DNA of 64,000 nt from Treponemataceae bacterium (GCA_045645985.1 JAZRJV010000037.1:11395-75394), one strand, 5' to 3'; numbered from the stretch's first letter, positions 54,080 through 64,000 are shown. Made by a program: numbers and translations. Notes: generated by a model not told the origin, from the sequence alone.

Positions 54080-55582
54080 ATGGCTTATTATTTTGAAGAA
54101 CCTTCACACACTTTTGGAGAGTATTTATTAGTTCCTGGATATTCATCAGCAGAATGTATTCCTGCAAATGTAGATTTAAAAACACCGCTTGTTAAGTTCA
54201 AAAAAGGTGAAAAACCTTCCCTTACAATGAATATTCCTTTGGTTTCTGCCATTATGCAGTCAGTTTCTGACGATAAACTTGCAATCGCACTTGCTAAAGA
54301 AGGAGGAATTTCTTTCATCTACGGTTCTCAATCAATCGAAGACCAAGCTGCAATGGTTGCAAGAGTAAAAGGTCATAAAGCAGGATTTGTAACTTCAGAT
54401 TCAAATATCAAACCTGACCAAACTTTAGCCGAAGTTCTTGCTCTTAAAGAAAAAACAGGGCATTCAACTGTTGCTGTAACAGAAGACGGAACTGCAAACG
54501 GAAAACTTTGTGGTATCATCACAAGTAGAGATTTCAGAATCAATCACACACCAACTGATGCAAAAGTTCGTGACTATATGACACCTTTCAAAGACTTGAT
54601 TACAGGACAAGATGGAATCACTTTATCAGAAGCAAACGAACTTATCTGGAAACATAAATTAAATTCACTTCCTATCATTGATAAAGATGGAAATATGAAA
54701 TACATGGTTTTCAGAAAAGACTATGCAACACACGAAGCTTATCCACTAGAAAACTTGGATTCAAAACAACGCTACATCGTAGGTGCAGGTATCAACACTC
54801 GCGATTATATGGAAAGAGTTCCTGCTCTTTTGAACGCTGGAGTTGATGTTCTTTGTTTGGATTCTTCAGAAGGATTTACAGAATGGCAACGCAGAGCTTT
54901 ACAAGATATTCACAAAAATTTTGGCGACAATGTAAAAGTTGGAGCTGGAAATGTTGTTGACCGAGATGGATTTATGTTCTTGGCAGAAGCTGGTGCTGAC
55001 TTTGTAAAAATCGGTATCGGTGGTGGTTCTATCTGTATCACTCGTGAACAAAAAGGTATCGGTCGCGGACAAGCAACTGCAACAATCGAAGTTGCAAAAG
55101 CTCGTGATGAATATTACGCAAAAACTGGTATTTATATCCCAATTTGTTCAGACGGTGGAATCGTTCACGATTATCACATGACACTTGCTCTTGCAATGGG
55201 TGCTGATTTTATCATGTTGGGAAGATATTTTGCTCGTTTTGACGAAAGTCCAACAAACAAACTCATCGTAAACGGAAATTATGTAAAAGAATACTGGGGC
55301 GAAGGTTCAAATCGTGCTCGTAACTGGCAACGCTACGATATGGGTGGAGCTTCAAAACTTTCTTTTGAAGAAGGTGTTGATTCTTATGTTCCTTACGCAG
55401 GTAGATTACACGACAATGTAAATATGAGTATGAGCAAAATTCGTCACACAATGTGTAACTGTGGAGCAATGTCTATCCCAGAATTACAAGAAAAAGCAAA
55501 AATTACTTTGGTTTCACAAGCATCTATCGCTGAAGGTTCAGCACACGATGTTGTTGTAAAATCAACTTCAATTCAATCATAA
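54080..55582 (+). CDS. guaB: IMP dehydrogenase (with CBS pair)
   Basis: 500 aa. [13 protein letters not shown], the catalytic loop [24 protein letters not shown], and CSDGGI. A CBS-like insert spans roughly residues 95-215. Confidence 0.85.
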   Translation: MAYYFEEPSHTFGEYLLVPGYSSAECIPANVDLKTPLVKFKKGEKPSLTMNIPLVSAIMQSVSDDKLAIALAKEGGISFIYGSQSIEDQAAMVARVKGHKAGFVTSDSNIKPDQTLAEVLALKEKTGHSTVAVTEDGTANGKLCGIITSRDFRINHTPTDAKVRDYMTPFKDLITGQDGITLSEANELIWKHKLNSLPIIDKDGNMKYMVFRKDYATHEAYPLENLDSKQRYIVGAGINTRDYMERVPALLNAGVDVLCLDSSEGFTEWQRRALQDIHKNFGDNVKVGAGNVVDRDGFMFLAEAGADFVKIGIGGGSICITREQKGIGRGQATATIEVAKARDEYYAKTGIYIPICSDGGIVHDYHMTLALAMGADFIMLGRYFARFDESPTNKLIVNGNYVKEYWGEGSNRARNWQRYDMGGASKLSFEEGVDSYVPYAGRLHDNVNMSMSKIRHTMCNCGAMSIPELQEKAKITLVSQASIAEGSAHDVVVKSTSIQS

Positions 55583-55612
55583 ATTGTAATCGAAAATAAA
55601 TTCGATAAAAAA

Positions 55613-55653
55613 AGGTTTTTGACAAAGTGATAAATTCACTAAATCAAAAACCT
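55613..55653. terminator. bidirectional intrinsic terminator between guaB and the convergent ACT gene
   Basis: aggtttttga / tcaaaaacct 10-bp stem (55613-55622 / 55644-55653) with inner agtga/tcact pairing. A-run upstream and T-rich sequence downstream. Confidence 0.7.
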
Positions 55654-55677
55654 ATTTCATTTTAAACCTAAATTTCT

Positions 55678-56064
55678 TTATTTAAGAACTTCAAGACCTT
55701 TTTGAGGATCTTCAACTTTGAAAATGATAATTGCTGTATCGCCTGTTTTTTCAAGTGAAGCATAAAGATATTCGATGTTGATATCGTTTTTTTCAAAAAG
55801 TTGCATTACATCATACAAACTTCCAACTTTATCATTGATAGTTACAGCCAAAACATCTGTTGTTCTTGTTGTAAATTTTGCATCAGAAAGAAGTTTTAAT
55901 GCTTTATCAGATTCATCTGTAATAATTCTTAAAATTCCAAAGTCAGCAGTATCTGCAATCATCAATGCTTTAAGATTAACTCCGCCTTCTTTCAAAATTC
56001 TTGTAACATCAGCAATTCTTCCAGCTGTGTTTTCCAAAAAAACAGAAATTTGTTTAATAATCAT
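55678..56064 (-). CDS. ACT domain-containing protein
   Basis: 128 aa. Two ACT-like halves (ISVFLENTAGRIADVTRIL...; AVTINDKVGSLYDVMQLF...). The usual partner of anaerobic PaaK-like ligases. Confidence 0.75.
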   Translation of the reverse strand: MIIKQISVFLENTAGRIADVTRILKEGGVNLKALMIADTADFGILRIITDESDKALKLLSDAKFTTRTTDVLAVTINDKVGSLYDVMQLFEKNDINIEYLYASLEKTGDTAIIIFKVEDPQKGLEVLK

Positions 56065-56091
56065 ATTTACCTTCCTATTAATCTAAATAAA

Positions 56092-57396
56092 TTATAATTT
56101 TCGATTATCGATTACGCGTTTTGCTTTTCCTGTTGAGCGTTCAATAGATTTTGGTTCAACAAGTTTTATTTTAAGCATAATACCTAACTTGCTCTTCATC
56201 ACAGAAGCGATGGTATTTCTTAAAGCTTCCATGCCTTTTGTTTCGTCAGTAAATTGTTCTGCACTTACTTCAACATGAAGTTCAGCTTCGTCAAGGTGAG
56301 TTTCTTCGTTTCGGTTAACAACGATTAAGTAATTTGGTTCAACACCTTGAATATCAACTAATGCGTTTTCAATTTGACTTGGGAAAACATTTACACCGCG
56401 AATGATAAGCATATCGTCTGTTCGTCCAAACAAGCGATGGATTTTTCGAGTTGTTCGTCCACAAGAACAAGGTTCTGTCATGATATAAGTAATATCTCTT
56501 GTTCTGTATCGAATAAGAGGAGTTCCTTCTTTTGTAATAGTTGTAATTACAAGTTCACCTTTTTGTCCATCTGGAACAGGTTGTTCAGTTTCAGGGTCGA
56601 TAATTTCTGGGAACCATAAATCTTCGTTTACATGCATTCCGTTTTGAGCTTCACATTCAAAAGCAACTCCCGGACCTGTAATTTCAGTTAAACCGTAAAT
56701 ATCGTAAGCTTTAATCCCCCAAGCAGTTTCGATTTGATTACGCATTCCTTCTGACCAAGGTTCAGCACCTAAACAAGCAGCTCGTAATGAAAAATCTTTT
56801 ACATCAACGCCCATTTCTTTTGCTTGTTCTGCCATATACATTGCGTAAGATGGAGTACAAGTAAAAAGATTTGATTTAAAATCTCTCATCAACATAAGTT
56901 GTTTTTGAGTATTTCCAGAAGAAATAGGAACTACTGTTGCACCAAGCTTTCTTGAACCATGATGAACTCCCATTCCACCTGTAAAAAGTCCGTAACCGTA
57001 GGCATTTTGAATTGTATCATTGTGTGTAGCGCCAGCACCTGATAAAGTTCTTGCCATACCTTCAGCCCAGTCATCTAAGTCTTTTGCTGTGTAAGCGTCA
57101 ACTACAGGAGTTCCAGTTGTTCCAGAAGACATGTGAATTTCTACAATTTCAGATTGAGGAACAGCTAAAAGTCCATAAGGATAGGTATCTCGTAAATCAG
57201 TCTTTGTTGTAAAAGGCAATTTGCTGATATCTGACAAACACTTGATATCTGAAGGTTTAATTCCAGCTTTATCAAGTTTTTCTTTGTAAAATGGAACAGT
57301 ATTATAAACTCGTTCCACGAGATTCTTGAGTCGTGCAAATTGCAAGGCTCTAAGAGAATCTACATTCATACATTCATGCTCTGGATTCCAAATCAT
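56092..57396 (-). CDS. phenylacetate--CoA ligase family (PaaK / F390-synthetase-like adenylating enzyme)
   Basis: 434 aa. HMSSGTTGTPVV AMP-binding motif, YGLTE, FGRTDDMLIIRGVNVFP. Confidence 0.85.
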   Translation of the reverse strand: MIWNPEHECMNVDSLRALQFARLKNLVERVYNTVPFYKEKLDKAGIKPSDIKCLSDISKLPFTTKTDLRDTYPYGLLAVPQSEIVEIHMSSGTTGTPVVDAYTAKDLDDWAEGMARTLSGAGATHNDTIQNAYGYGLFTGGMGVHHGSRKLGATVVPISSGNTQKQLMLMRDFKSNLFTCTPSYAMYMAEQAKEMGVDVKDFSLRAACLGAEPWSEGMRNQIETAWGIKAYDIYGLTEITGPGVAFECEAQNGMHVNEDLWFPEIIDPETEQPVPDGQKGELVITTITKEGTPLIRYRTRDITYIMTEPCSCGRTTRKIHRLFGRTDDMLIIRGVNVFPSQIENALVDIQGVEPNYLIVVNRNEETHLDEAELHVEVSAEQFTDETKGMEALRNTIASVMKSKLGIMLKIKLVEPKSIERSTGKAKRVIDNRKL

Positions 57397-57398
57397 AA

Positions 57399-58592
57399 TT
57401 AATATCCTTTTATTTTTTTACCGAATAGCATATTTTGATAACAGCGTAAACAGCCAGGGAAAATTCCACCTTCACACTCGCTAATTGCTCGACGGAACTT
57501 ATTAGCTCTCTCGCCGTTATAAATTTCTTTAAATGATTGTTCTTTAATATTTCCAAGTGGATATTCTGAATAGTCAGCACAGAAACAAACATCACCATTA
57601 TAGTTGATATTTGCCTGACACCAAGGAACGATACAATGATTTCTAACAGGAACTTCAAGTTTTGAATAATATTCGTGTGTTTTTTCTGGATTCAATGCTG
57701 GAACTGTAATTGATAAATATCCGTAGTCTGTGCTGTGAATTGTATCCAAAATTTGATGAAGTTCTGCACCGTCGATATTTTCGTTGTAGCCAGTATTGTA
57801 ACCTTCCAAACAGTAAATATCTGTTCCAAGTTTTTCTTTGAAGTAAGCTTTATGTTTTGCAAAAATTTCATCGTTTGTGTATGTACCAAGATTGTACATG
57901 TGTAAGTCGATTTCTAAATCCTTACAAGCAACTGCTAAATCTGCCAAACTTTTGTAGTTTTTATTTGTAACAGTTGTAACAACACCCATAATAGGTAAAG
58001 TTGAACCTTGTTTTTTCTTTTCACGATTGATTGCTTCAAATCCTTTAATAACTCTGTCGTAACTTCCAGGACCGCGCATTTCGTCGTTTACATCTTTGAA
58101 AGCATCCAAACTTACAAAAATAACATTCCATTTATCTTTTACAATTTGTTCAGCATATTTTTCTAGCAAAGTTCCGTTTGTATTGATAGAACAGAAACTT
58201 CCTTTAGATTGAATATAACGAACAAGTTCAAATAAATCTGGATAAAGGAAAGGTTCTCCTCCCCAAAGATAATAAACAGGCTTTTTCTCTGCCAATTCAT
58301 CAACCATTTTTTTGTATGTTTCAACTGGAACGATTGATTTAGCTTCGTTTGCGGCAAATTCACCTTTCAAAACACCTTTATCTCCCCGTTGCCCACACAT
58401 AACACAACGAAGATTACACAAAGGAGTTAACTTCATGTAGATAAGACAAAAGTTTTTCATGTGGTCGTAATTTTCATAATGGCGTTTCATCAATTTTGTT
58501 CTTTCCATTTTGAAAAATCCACGAGCCATTTTAAAAGCAAGACCTAAGTTTTTGTGTAAAAGCATAGGAACAACTGACATATTAAATTTCAT
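57399..58592 (-). CDS. radical SAM protein with C-terminal SPASM/twitch-like Cys-rich domain
   Basis: 397 aa. LTPLCNLRCVMCGQ (CX3CX2C), GGEPFLYPD. C-terminus: CQANINYNGDVCFC...CEGGIFPGCLRC. Confidence 0.8.
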   Translation of the reverse strand: MKFNMSVVPMLLHKNLGLAFKMARGFFKMERTKLMKRHYENYDHMKNFCLIYMKLTPLCNLRCVMCGQRGDKGVLKGEFAANEAKSIVPVETYKKMVDELAEKKPVYYLWGGEPFLYPDLFELVRYIQSKGSFCSINTNGTLLEKYAEQIVKDKWNVIFVSLDAFKDVNDEMRGPGSYDRVIKGFEAINREKKKQGSTLPIMGVVTTVTNKNYKSLADLAVACKDLEIDLHMYNLGTYTNDEIFAKHKAYFKEKLGTDIYCLEGYNTGYNENIDGAELHQILDTIHSTDYGYLSITVPALNPEKTHEYYSKLEVPVRNHCIVPWCQANINYNGDVCFCADYSEYPLGNIKEQSFKEIYNGERANKFRRAISECEGGIFPGCLRCYQNMLFGKKIKGY

Positions 58593-58613
58593 ATTTTCAA
58601 CCTTAAATTAAAT

Positions 58614-59417
58614 TTATTTTGTTAATGATGCTAAAGACTTTGACAAAGTCCATGCTAAAAAGTTCTTTGGAATTAAGCCTGAAAAGAATGCCGCAATTTT
58701 GTTTGTAAAACCAGCTCGAACATAAGAGCGTTTTTTCAAAACTGATTTTACAGCAACTTTTGCAACAGCTTCTGCTGTCATTCCATTTTTATAAGAAAAC
58801 TTCTTATATTTTTCACTTTGGATTCCACAATTTGCATCAAATTCAGTTCGAATGTATCCTGGTTGAACACAAGTTACATTTACACCGAATTTTGAAAGTT
58901 CGTGTCGCAAAGCAAGTGAATAATTTAAAACATAAGATTTACTTGCGGCATAAGACGCAAACATTGGAGTTGGCTGATTTCCTGCAATAGAACCGATGTT
59001 CAAAATTGAACCTGATTTATTTTCTTGCATTTGTTTGCCAAAAACTGCACACATTTGAGTTAAAGCAATAATATTTAAGTTAAGCATTGGCAAAACTTTT
59101 TCGCCTAATTCAACACTTGAACCAAAAAGTCCACAACCTGCATTATTGATAAGTAAATCTATAACTACATTATTTTCTTTGCAAAAATCAGAAACTTTTA
59201 CACTTGCATTTTCGCTAGCTAAATCGATAGAAAAAGTTTTTACATTTACAGAATTTGCATCTGTAAGTTCGTTGCTTAAATCAACAAGTTTATTTTCTGA
59301 ACGAGCAACTAAAACTAAGTTCCAGCCTTTCCCTGCTAAGATTTTAGCAATTTCCTTTCCTACACCACCAGAAGCTCCAGTAACAAGAGCCCATTTATTT
59401 TCATTTGAATTTTTCAT
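58614..59417 (-). CDS. SDR-family oxidoreductase
   Basis: Track start is GTG (59423); ATG at 59417. TGASGGVGKEIAK, NNAG, YAASKSY. Confidence 0.85.
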   Translation of the reverse strand: MKNSNENKWALVTGASGGVGKEIAKILAGKGWNLVLVARSENKLVDLSNELTDANSVNVKTFSIDLASENASVKVSDFCKENNVVIDLLINNAGCGLFGSSVELGEKVLPMLNLNIIALTQMCAVFGKQMQENKSGSILNIGSIAGNQPTPMFASYAASKSYVLNYSLALRHELSKFGVNVTCVQPGYIRTEFDANCGIQSEKYKKFSYKNGMTAEAVAKVAVKSVLKKRSYVRAGFTNKIAAFFSGLIPKNFLAWTLSKSLASLTK

Positions 59418-59478
59418 AAGCACAAATATTATATCACATTTTGCTTTTTTTTGCTACTATTTGAAGTAATGTATTCAG

Positions 59479-59505
59479 ATGTAACTAAATGTTACTAAAT
59501 GTCAT
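59479..59505. promoter_or_regulatory. operator-like repeat atGTAACtaaatGTTACtaaatgtcat in the divergent SDR / fusA intergenic region
   Basis: Direct 10-bp repeat tgtaactaaa/tgttactaaa that also forms the inverted repeat GTAAC-N5-GTTAC (59481-59495). Lies immediately upstream of the candidate -35 TTGAAT (59513-59518) with TAGAAT at 59536-59541. Confidence 0.3.
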
Positions 59506-59646
59506 CTACCACTTGAATATATCCCCATAATTTTATAGAATAAAGAGAATAATTTTAATTCAATGCAGAAAGATTTTAGAACTAGAAAATTCTATCGCTA
59601 AAAAGCGTAACTGCAGAAAATATTTTTTTTGAGAGGTACAAACAGT

Positions 59647-61734
59647 ATGGCTTACGATATTACTAAAATGAGAAATATCGGTATTAGTGCCCACATTGAC
59701 TCGGGAAAAACAACATTGTCAGAACGAATTTTGTTCTATTGTAACAAAATTCACGCAATCCACGAAGTTCGCGGAAAAGACGGTGTTGGTGCCGTAATGG
59801 ATAACATGGAACTTGAAAGAGAACGCGGTATTACAATCGCATCTGCTTCAACACAGGTACAATGGAAAGATCACACTTTCAATGTAATCGACACACCGGG
59901 CCACGTTGACTTTACAGTAGAAGTTGAACGCTCACTTCGCGTTCTTGACGGAGCTATTCTTGTTCTTTGTTCTGTTGGTGGTGTTCAATCACAATCTATC
60001 ACAGTAGACCGCCAGCTTAAACGATATCATGTTCCAAGAATTGCATTCGTAAACAAATGTGACCGTACAGGTGCAAACCCATTCAAAGTAAGAATGCAAC
60101 TTAGAGAAAAACTTGGTCTTAACGCATACATGATGGAAATTCCAATCGGTCTTGAAGACAAACTTGAAGGTGTTGTTGACCTAGTTACAATGAAAGCTAT
60201 CTACTTCGAAGGTGATTCAGGAACAGAAATCAGATATGCTGAAATTCCAGCTCACTTAGTAGACCAAGCAAACGAATATCGCGAAGAACTTCTTGACGCT
60301 GCATCTATGTTCTCAGATGAATTGATGGAAGCTATGCTTGAAGGAGATCCAACAGAAGAAATGATTAACGCTGCTATCCGTAAGGGTACACTTGCAGAAC
60401 AATTTGTTCCTGTTTTCTGTGGATCTGCATATAAAAACAAAGGTATTCAACCACTTCTCGATGGTGTTGTAAAATATCTTCCTAACCCAACAGAAGTTAA
60501 AAACGTTGCTCTTGATTTGGACAACAACGAAGCACCAGTTGAACTTTCTTCATCAGAAAAAGATCCTTGTGTTGCACTCGGATTCAAACTTGAAGATGGA
60601 CAATATGGTCAGTTAACTTATGTTCGTGTTTACCAAGGTGTAATCAAAAAAGGTGAAGAACTTTACAATACTCGTGCACGCAAAAAGTTCAAGGTTGGTC
60701 GTCTTGTTCGTATGAACTCAGCTTCTATGGAAGATATTAACGAAGGTTTACCAGGAGATATCGTTGCTCTATTCGGTATTGAGTGTGCATCTGGAGATAC
60801 ATTCTGTAGTGCAGGATTGAACTACGCTATGACTTCTATGTTCGTTCCTAACCCAGTTATCTCTCTTTCTATCAAACCAAAAGATAAGAAAGCTGCAGAC
60901 CAAATGGCAAAAGCTCTTAACCGCTTTACAAAAGAAGACCCAACTTTCCAAACTTATGTTGATCCTGAATCAAACGAAACAATCATCAAAGGTATGGGTG
61001 AGTTGCATCTTGAAGTTTATGTTGAACGAATGCGTCGTGAATACAACTGTGATGTTGAAACAGGTGCTCCACAGGTTGCTTACCGCGAAACAATCACACA
61101 ACAAGCAGACTTCAACTATACACACAAAAAACAATCTGGTGGATCTGGACAATACGGTCGTGTTGCAGGTTTCTTAGAACCAATTGAAGATAAAGATTAC
61201 GAATTTGTAGACTCAATCAAAGGTGGTGCAATTCCTAACGAATTTATCCCATCTTGTGATAAAGGTTTCAAAGCATCTATGCAAAAAGGTGCTCTTATCG
61301 GATTCCCTGTAGTAGGAATTAAAGCAACTATCAATGATGGACAGTCACACCCTGTTGACTCATCAGATATTGCATTCCAACTTGCAGCTATTGGTGGTTT
61401 CAAAGAAGCATACATGAAAGCAAAACCAGTTATCCTTGAACCAATTATGTCAGTTTCTATCGAAGGACCTACAGAATTCCAAGGTAATGTATTTGCTGTA
61501 ATCAACCAAAGACGCGGAATTATCGTTTCTTCAACAGAAGATGGAAACTTCTCTCGTGTTGAAGCAGAAGTTCCACTTTCAGAAATGTTCGGATTCTCAA
61601 CAATCCTTCGTTCTTTAACACAAGGTAAAGCAGAATTCTCAATGGAATTTGCAAAATATGGTAAAGTTCCAAACAGCGTTTCTGAACAACTTATCAAAGA
61701 ATACGAAGAAAAACGCAAAAAAGAACAAAAATAG
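59647..61734 (+). CDS. fusA: elongation factor G (second, spirochaete/EF-G2-like type by my recollection)
   Basis: Track start is TTG (59629). ATG at 59647 follows [34 protein letters not shown]. Full five-domain length. Confidence 0.92.
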   Translation: MAYDITKMRNIGISAHIDSGKTTLSERILFYCNKIHAIHEVRGKDGVGAVMDNMELERERGITIASASTQVQWKDHTFNVIDTPGHVDFTVEVERSLRVLDGAILVLCSVGGVQSQSITVDRQLKRYHVPRIAFVNKCDRTGANPFKVRMQLREKLGLNAYMMEIPIGLEDKLEGVVDLVTMKAIYFEGDSGTEIRYAEIPAHLVDQANEYREELLDAASMFSDELMEAMLEGDPTEEMINAAIRKGTLAEQFVPVFCGSAYKNKGIQPLLDGVVKYLPNPTEVKNVALDLDNNEAPVELSSSEKDPCVALGFKLEDGQYGQLTYVRVYQGVIKKGEELYNTRARKKFKVGRLVRMNSASMEDINEGLPGDIVALFGIECASGDTFCSAGLNYAMTSMFVPNPVISLSIKPKDKKAADQMAKALNRFTKEDPTFQTYVDPESNETIIKGMGELHLEVYVERMRREYNCDVETGAPQVAYRETITQQADFNYTHKKQSGGSGQYGRVAGFLEPIEDKDYEFVDSIKGGAIPNEFIPSCDKGFKASMQKGALIGFPVVGIKATINDGQSHPVDSSDIAFQLAAIGGFKEAYMKAKPVILEPIMSVSIEGPTEFQGNVFAVINQRRGIIVSSTEDGNFSRVEAEVPLSEMFGFSTILRSLTQGKAEFSMEFAKYGKVPNSVSEQLIKEYEEKRKKEQK

Positions 61735-61763
61735 TTTGATTTTGCAGGCTTCTTAAATCTTAC

Positions 61764-61810
61764 AAAGGTCGTTGATAAAATTTAGGTTTTATTAGCGACC
61801 TTTTTTATTG
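61764..61810 (+). terminator. intrinsic terminator after fusA
   Basis: aaaggtcg / cgaccttt stem (61764-61771 / 61796-61803) followed by ttttattg. Confidence 0.6.
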
Positions 61811-62012
61811 CCCAAATCTTTCACTACTTACAAAAATCAATTTTTATAAAAATAAAGTTTGCATTATTCCACTTTATATAGTAAAATTAATTATATTAAA
61901 AACACTTTTTAAGAAAAAATTTTAACTCTTAAAAAGCGAATTTAAGGTTTTCTTGCAATATTGTTACAAGCAAACTTTGTCACTTACTTTTTACTGTTTT
62001 TTGGAGGAACTT

Positions 62013-62693
62013 ATGGTAAAACAAGAACTTGTAGATAGAAGCCCTGTTCGTTTTTTTAAAAACGCAACAAATGGTGGATTAAAAGCTGGAGAAATTGGAG
62101 CATTGACTTCAAAAAAAGGATTGGGAAAAACATCTGTTTTGGTACAAATTGGATTAGATAAACTTTTTCAAGACAAACATGTTGTTCACATCTCATTTAA
62201 CCAAACTGCAGATTTCTCAATGACTTGGTACGAAGATATTTTTAATGAAATTACAAAGAAAAAGAATATCACTAATGTTGCAGATGTAAAAGCAGATACA
62301 TTGAAGAAAAGAGTTATCTTAAACTTCAACCAAGATAGCGTTACTGGAGAACAAATCGTAAACACACTTAAAGCTTTGGCTGTAGGTGGAATTGCTACAG
62401 ATTGTATCCTTATTGATGGTCTTGATTTTACAAGAGTTTCAGCAGATTCAATCAAAACTTTGAAAGATTACGCAACAGAAGCAGGAAGTGTAATTTGGTT
62501 TGGCGTTAGCACAGACGCAGATAAAGTAAAAGATATGTTGCCAGAAAATGTTGCAACTTTTGTGGATGCAGTTATTCATCTTGAACAAAAACCAGATGCA
62601 ATCGAAATGAAAGTTCTTAAACTAAGAGATGAAAAAGTTGAAGTTTCTAATCTTAAATTAGATTCAAAAACACTTTTGATTGCTGAAAAATAA
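62013..62693 (+). CDS. KaiC/RecA-superfamily single-domain ATPase-like protein with deviant Walker A
   Basis: ATG at 62013 follows GGAGG (track start 61953 is TTG). GGLKAGEIGALTSKKGLGKTSVLVQIG (cf. GGlp.G...li.G.pG.GKT), CILIDGLD Walker B-like, IEMKVLKLRD resembling the KaiC-family C-terminal strand. Confidence 0.5.
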   Translation: MVKQELVDRSPVRFFKNATNGGLKAGEIGALTSKKGLGKTSVLVQIGLDKLFQDKHVVHISFNQTADFSMTWYEDIFNEITKKKNITNVADVKADTLKKRVILNFNQDSVTGEQIVNTLKALAVGGIATDCILIDGLDFTRVSADSIKTLKDYATEAGSVIWFGVSTDADKVKDMLPENVATFVDAVIHLEQKPDAIEMKVLKLRDEKVEVSNLKLDSKTLLIAEK

Positions 62694-62713
62694 TCTAAAC
62701 TAGCATAATTAAA

Positions 62714-62754
62714 GGCGGCAGTTCGGTTTTATCTGGATTGCCGTTTTTTATTTT
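62714..62754 (+). terminator. intrinsic terminator
   Basis: cggcagt / attgccg stem (one G-U pair) followed by ttttttatttt. Confidence 0.65.
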
Positions 62755-62808
62755 AAATCAAAGTATTAAGTTGTAGATTTTTAAAAACTGTGTTATAATA
62801 TATTCACT

Positions 62809-64000
62809 ATGAGTAACAGATCAAGTGGCATTTTGCTACATCCTACATCTTTACCGGAAACACCGGGAATTGGAACTATTGGTAAACAAGCATATAAGTT
62901 TGTTGATTGGCTCGCCTCTGCTAAGCAAACACTCTGGCAGATTCTTCCTATTGGACCTACAGGATACGGCGATTCACCTTATGCATCATTTTCTACTTTC
63001 GCTGGCAATCCATTGATGATTGACCTTGATATGTTAAAAGAAAATGGATGGATTTCTGCTGAACAAATTGCACCACCTGATTATATCAAAAGTTCAGGTT
63101 ATGTTGATTTTGGTTCTGTTGTTTGGTGGAAAATTCCTGTTCTTAAAACAGCTGCATCTCAATTTTTAGATTCTTGCAAAAAAGAAGATAGAGATTCATA
63201 CGAAGCTTTCAAAAATGATAATGCTTCATGGTTAGACAATTACGCTATCTTTATGAGCATCAAAGAATTTTACGATGCAAAAGCAAAAGAAGAAGATAGA
63301 TTTGGCGCAATGTGGAGTAACTACTGGCCAAAAGATTTAGCAACTTATCAACCAAAAGCTGTTTCAAAATGGCATGAAGAACATGTAAAAGAAACAGAAG
63401 TTCACAAAGTAATTCAATATTTCTTCTTTTCACAATGGAAAAAATTAAAAGAATACGCAAATTCAAAAGGAATTTCTATCGTAGGTGATATTCCTATTTT
63501 CGTTGCTTCAGACTCTGCTGATGTTTGGGCAAACCAAAAACTTTTCCAACTTGATTCAGAAGGAAAATCAACTGCAGTTGCTGGAGTTCCACCAGATTAC
63601 TTTAGTGCAACAGGTCAGCTTTGGGGAAATCCACTTTATGACTGGGATGCAATGAAAAAAACTGGTTACAAATGGTGGATTGACAGAATTAGAGCTATGC
63701 TTTCTGTTGTAGACTATGTTCGTATCGACCACTTCCGTGGATTTGAAGCATATTGGTCAGTTCCAGCTGGAGAAGAAACAGCGATCAACGGAAAATGGAT
63801 TCCAGGACCAGACCATGCTCTTTTCAACAAAATTAAAGAAGAACTTGGTGATATTCCTGTTATTGCTGAAGACTTAGGTGTAATTACAGACGGAGTTGCA
63901 GCATTACGAGATGACTTTGAACTTCCTGGAATGAAAGTTCTTCAATTTGCATTTGATGTAAACGAAGAAAAAGCAGGTGCTTTAACAAATGCATTCCTTC
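62809..64000 (+). CDS. malQ: 4-alpha-glucanotransferase (amylomaltase), C-terminus cut by window edge
   Basis: Not in the ORF track (runs off the window). My translation from the ATG at 62809 gives MSNRSSGILLHPTSLPETPGIGTIGKQAYKFVDWLASAKQTLWQILPIGPTGYGDSPYASFSTFAGNPLMIDLD..., later GDIPIFVASDSADVWANQKLFQLD and VRIDHFRGF. Classic GH77. Confidence 0.9.
   Translation, partial: MSNRSSGILLHPTSLPETPGIGTIGKQAYKFVDWLASAKQTLWQILPIGPTGYGDSPYASFSTFAGNPLMIDLDMLKENGWISAEQIAPPDYIKSSGYVDFGSVVWWKIPVLKTAASQFLDSCKKEDRDSYEAFKNDNASWLDNYAIFMSIKEFYDAKAKEEDRFGAMWSNYWPKDLATYQPKAVSKWHEEHVKETEVHKVIQYFFFSQWKKLKEYANSKGISIVGDIPIFVASDSADVWANQKLFQLDSEGKSTAVAGVPPDYFSATGQLWGNPLYDWDAMKKTGYKWWIDRIRAMLSVVDYVRIDHFRGFEAYWSVPAGEETAINGKWIPGPDHALFNKIKEELGDIPVIAEDLGVITDGVAALRDDFELPGMKVLQFAFDVNEEKAGALTNAFL

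Noticed and set aside
61197-61718. 173-aa ORF antisense to fusA.
   Set aside because: It is the shadow of a strongly supported EF-G gene, with no start context.

Overview
This is an AT-rich bacterial chromosomal window (roughly mid-30s % GC by eye), densely coded with about 60 genes. Most of it is housekeeping and central metabolism of an anaerobic fermenter. Recognisable genes include secA, rplM-rpsI, recX, hisS, coaX, recQ, hisHF, queD, fhs, guaB, fusA, prs, sppA, azlCD, malQ and dat-ddc. The EF-G type, the HisS N-terminus and the lipoprotein-style signal peptides suggest a Treponema-like spirochaete, but that is inference only. I found no rRNA, tRNA, CRISPR array, IS element or prophage.

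The main finding is a tightly packed 13-gene plus-strand operon at 7420-20023. In order it encodes: an LDH-scaffold dehydrogenase carrying the malate-specifying Arg, class II fumarase, HdrB, HdrC, HdrA, MvhD/FlxD, two FlxC/FlxB-like (AsrA/HydB-type) FeS proteins, a FlxA/AsrB-like NAD(P)H-flavin-2Fe2S protein, FrdB-like and FrdA-like fumarate reductase subunits, an AAE-family permease and a small 2Fe-2S ferredoxin. No membrane anchor is encoded. I read this as a candidate soluble, quinone-independent and possibly flavin-based electron-bifurcating NADH:fumarate reductase that converts malate to exported succinate.

Other items worth a second look:
- About 4.7 tandem copies of a 59-bp unit immediately downstream of secA, each re-copying the last ~20 nt of secA, with divergence increasing with distance from the gene.
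- An XRE regulator divergent from two tandem paralogous secreted proteins, with three ATTCT-N3-AGAAT palindromes around a near-consensus promoter.
- An SDR / radical-SAM-SPASM / PaaK-like ligase / ACT operon.
- A large B12-type radical SAM protein with a CX4CX2C cluster motif.
- An amidohydrolase reduced to its non-catalytic composite domain.
- A GC-rich island flanked by imperfect inverted repeats in the long guaB upstream region.

The supplied ORF track uses alternative start codons, so I re-set several starts to the RBS-preceded ATG/GTG. It also misses the two genes truncated by the window edges (1-618 minus strand, 62809-64000 plus strand).
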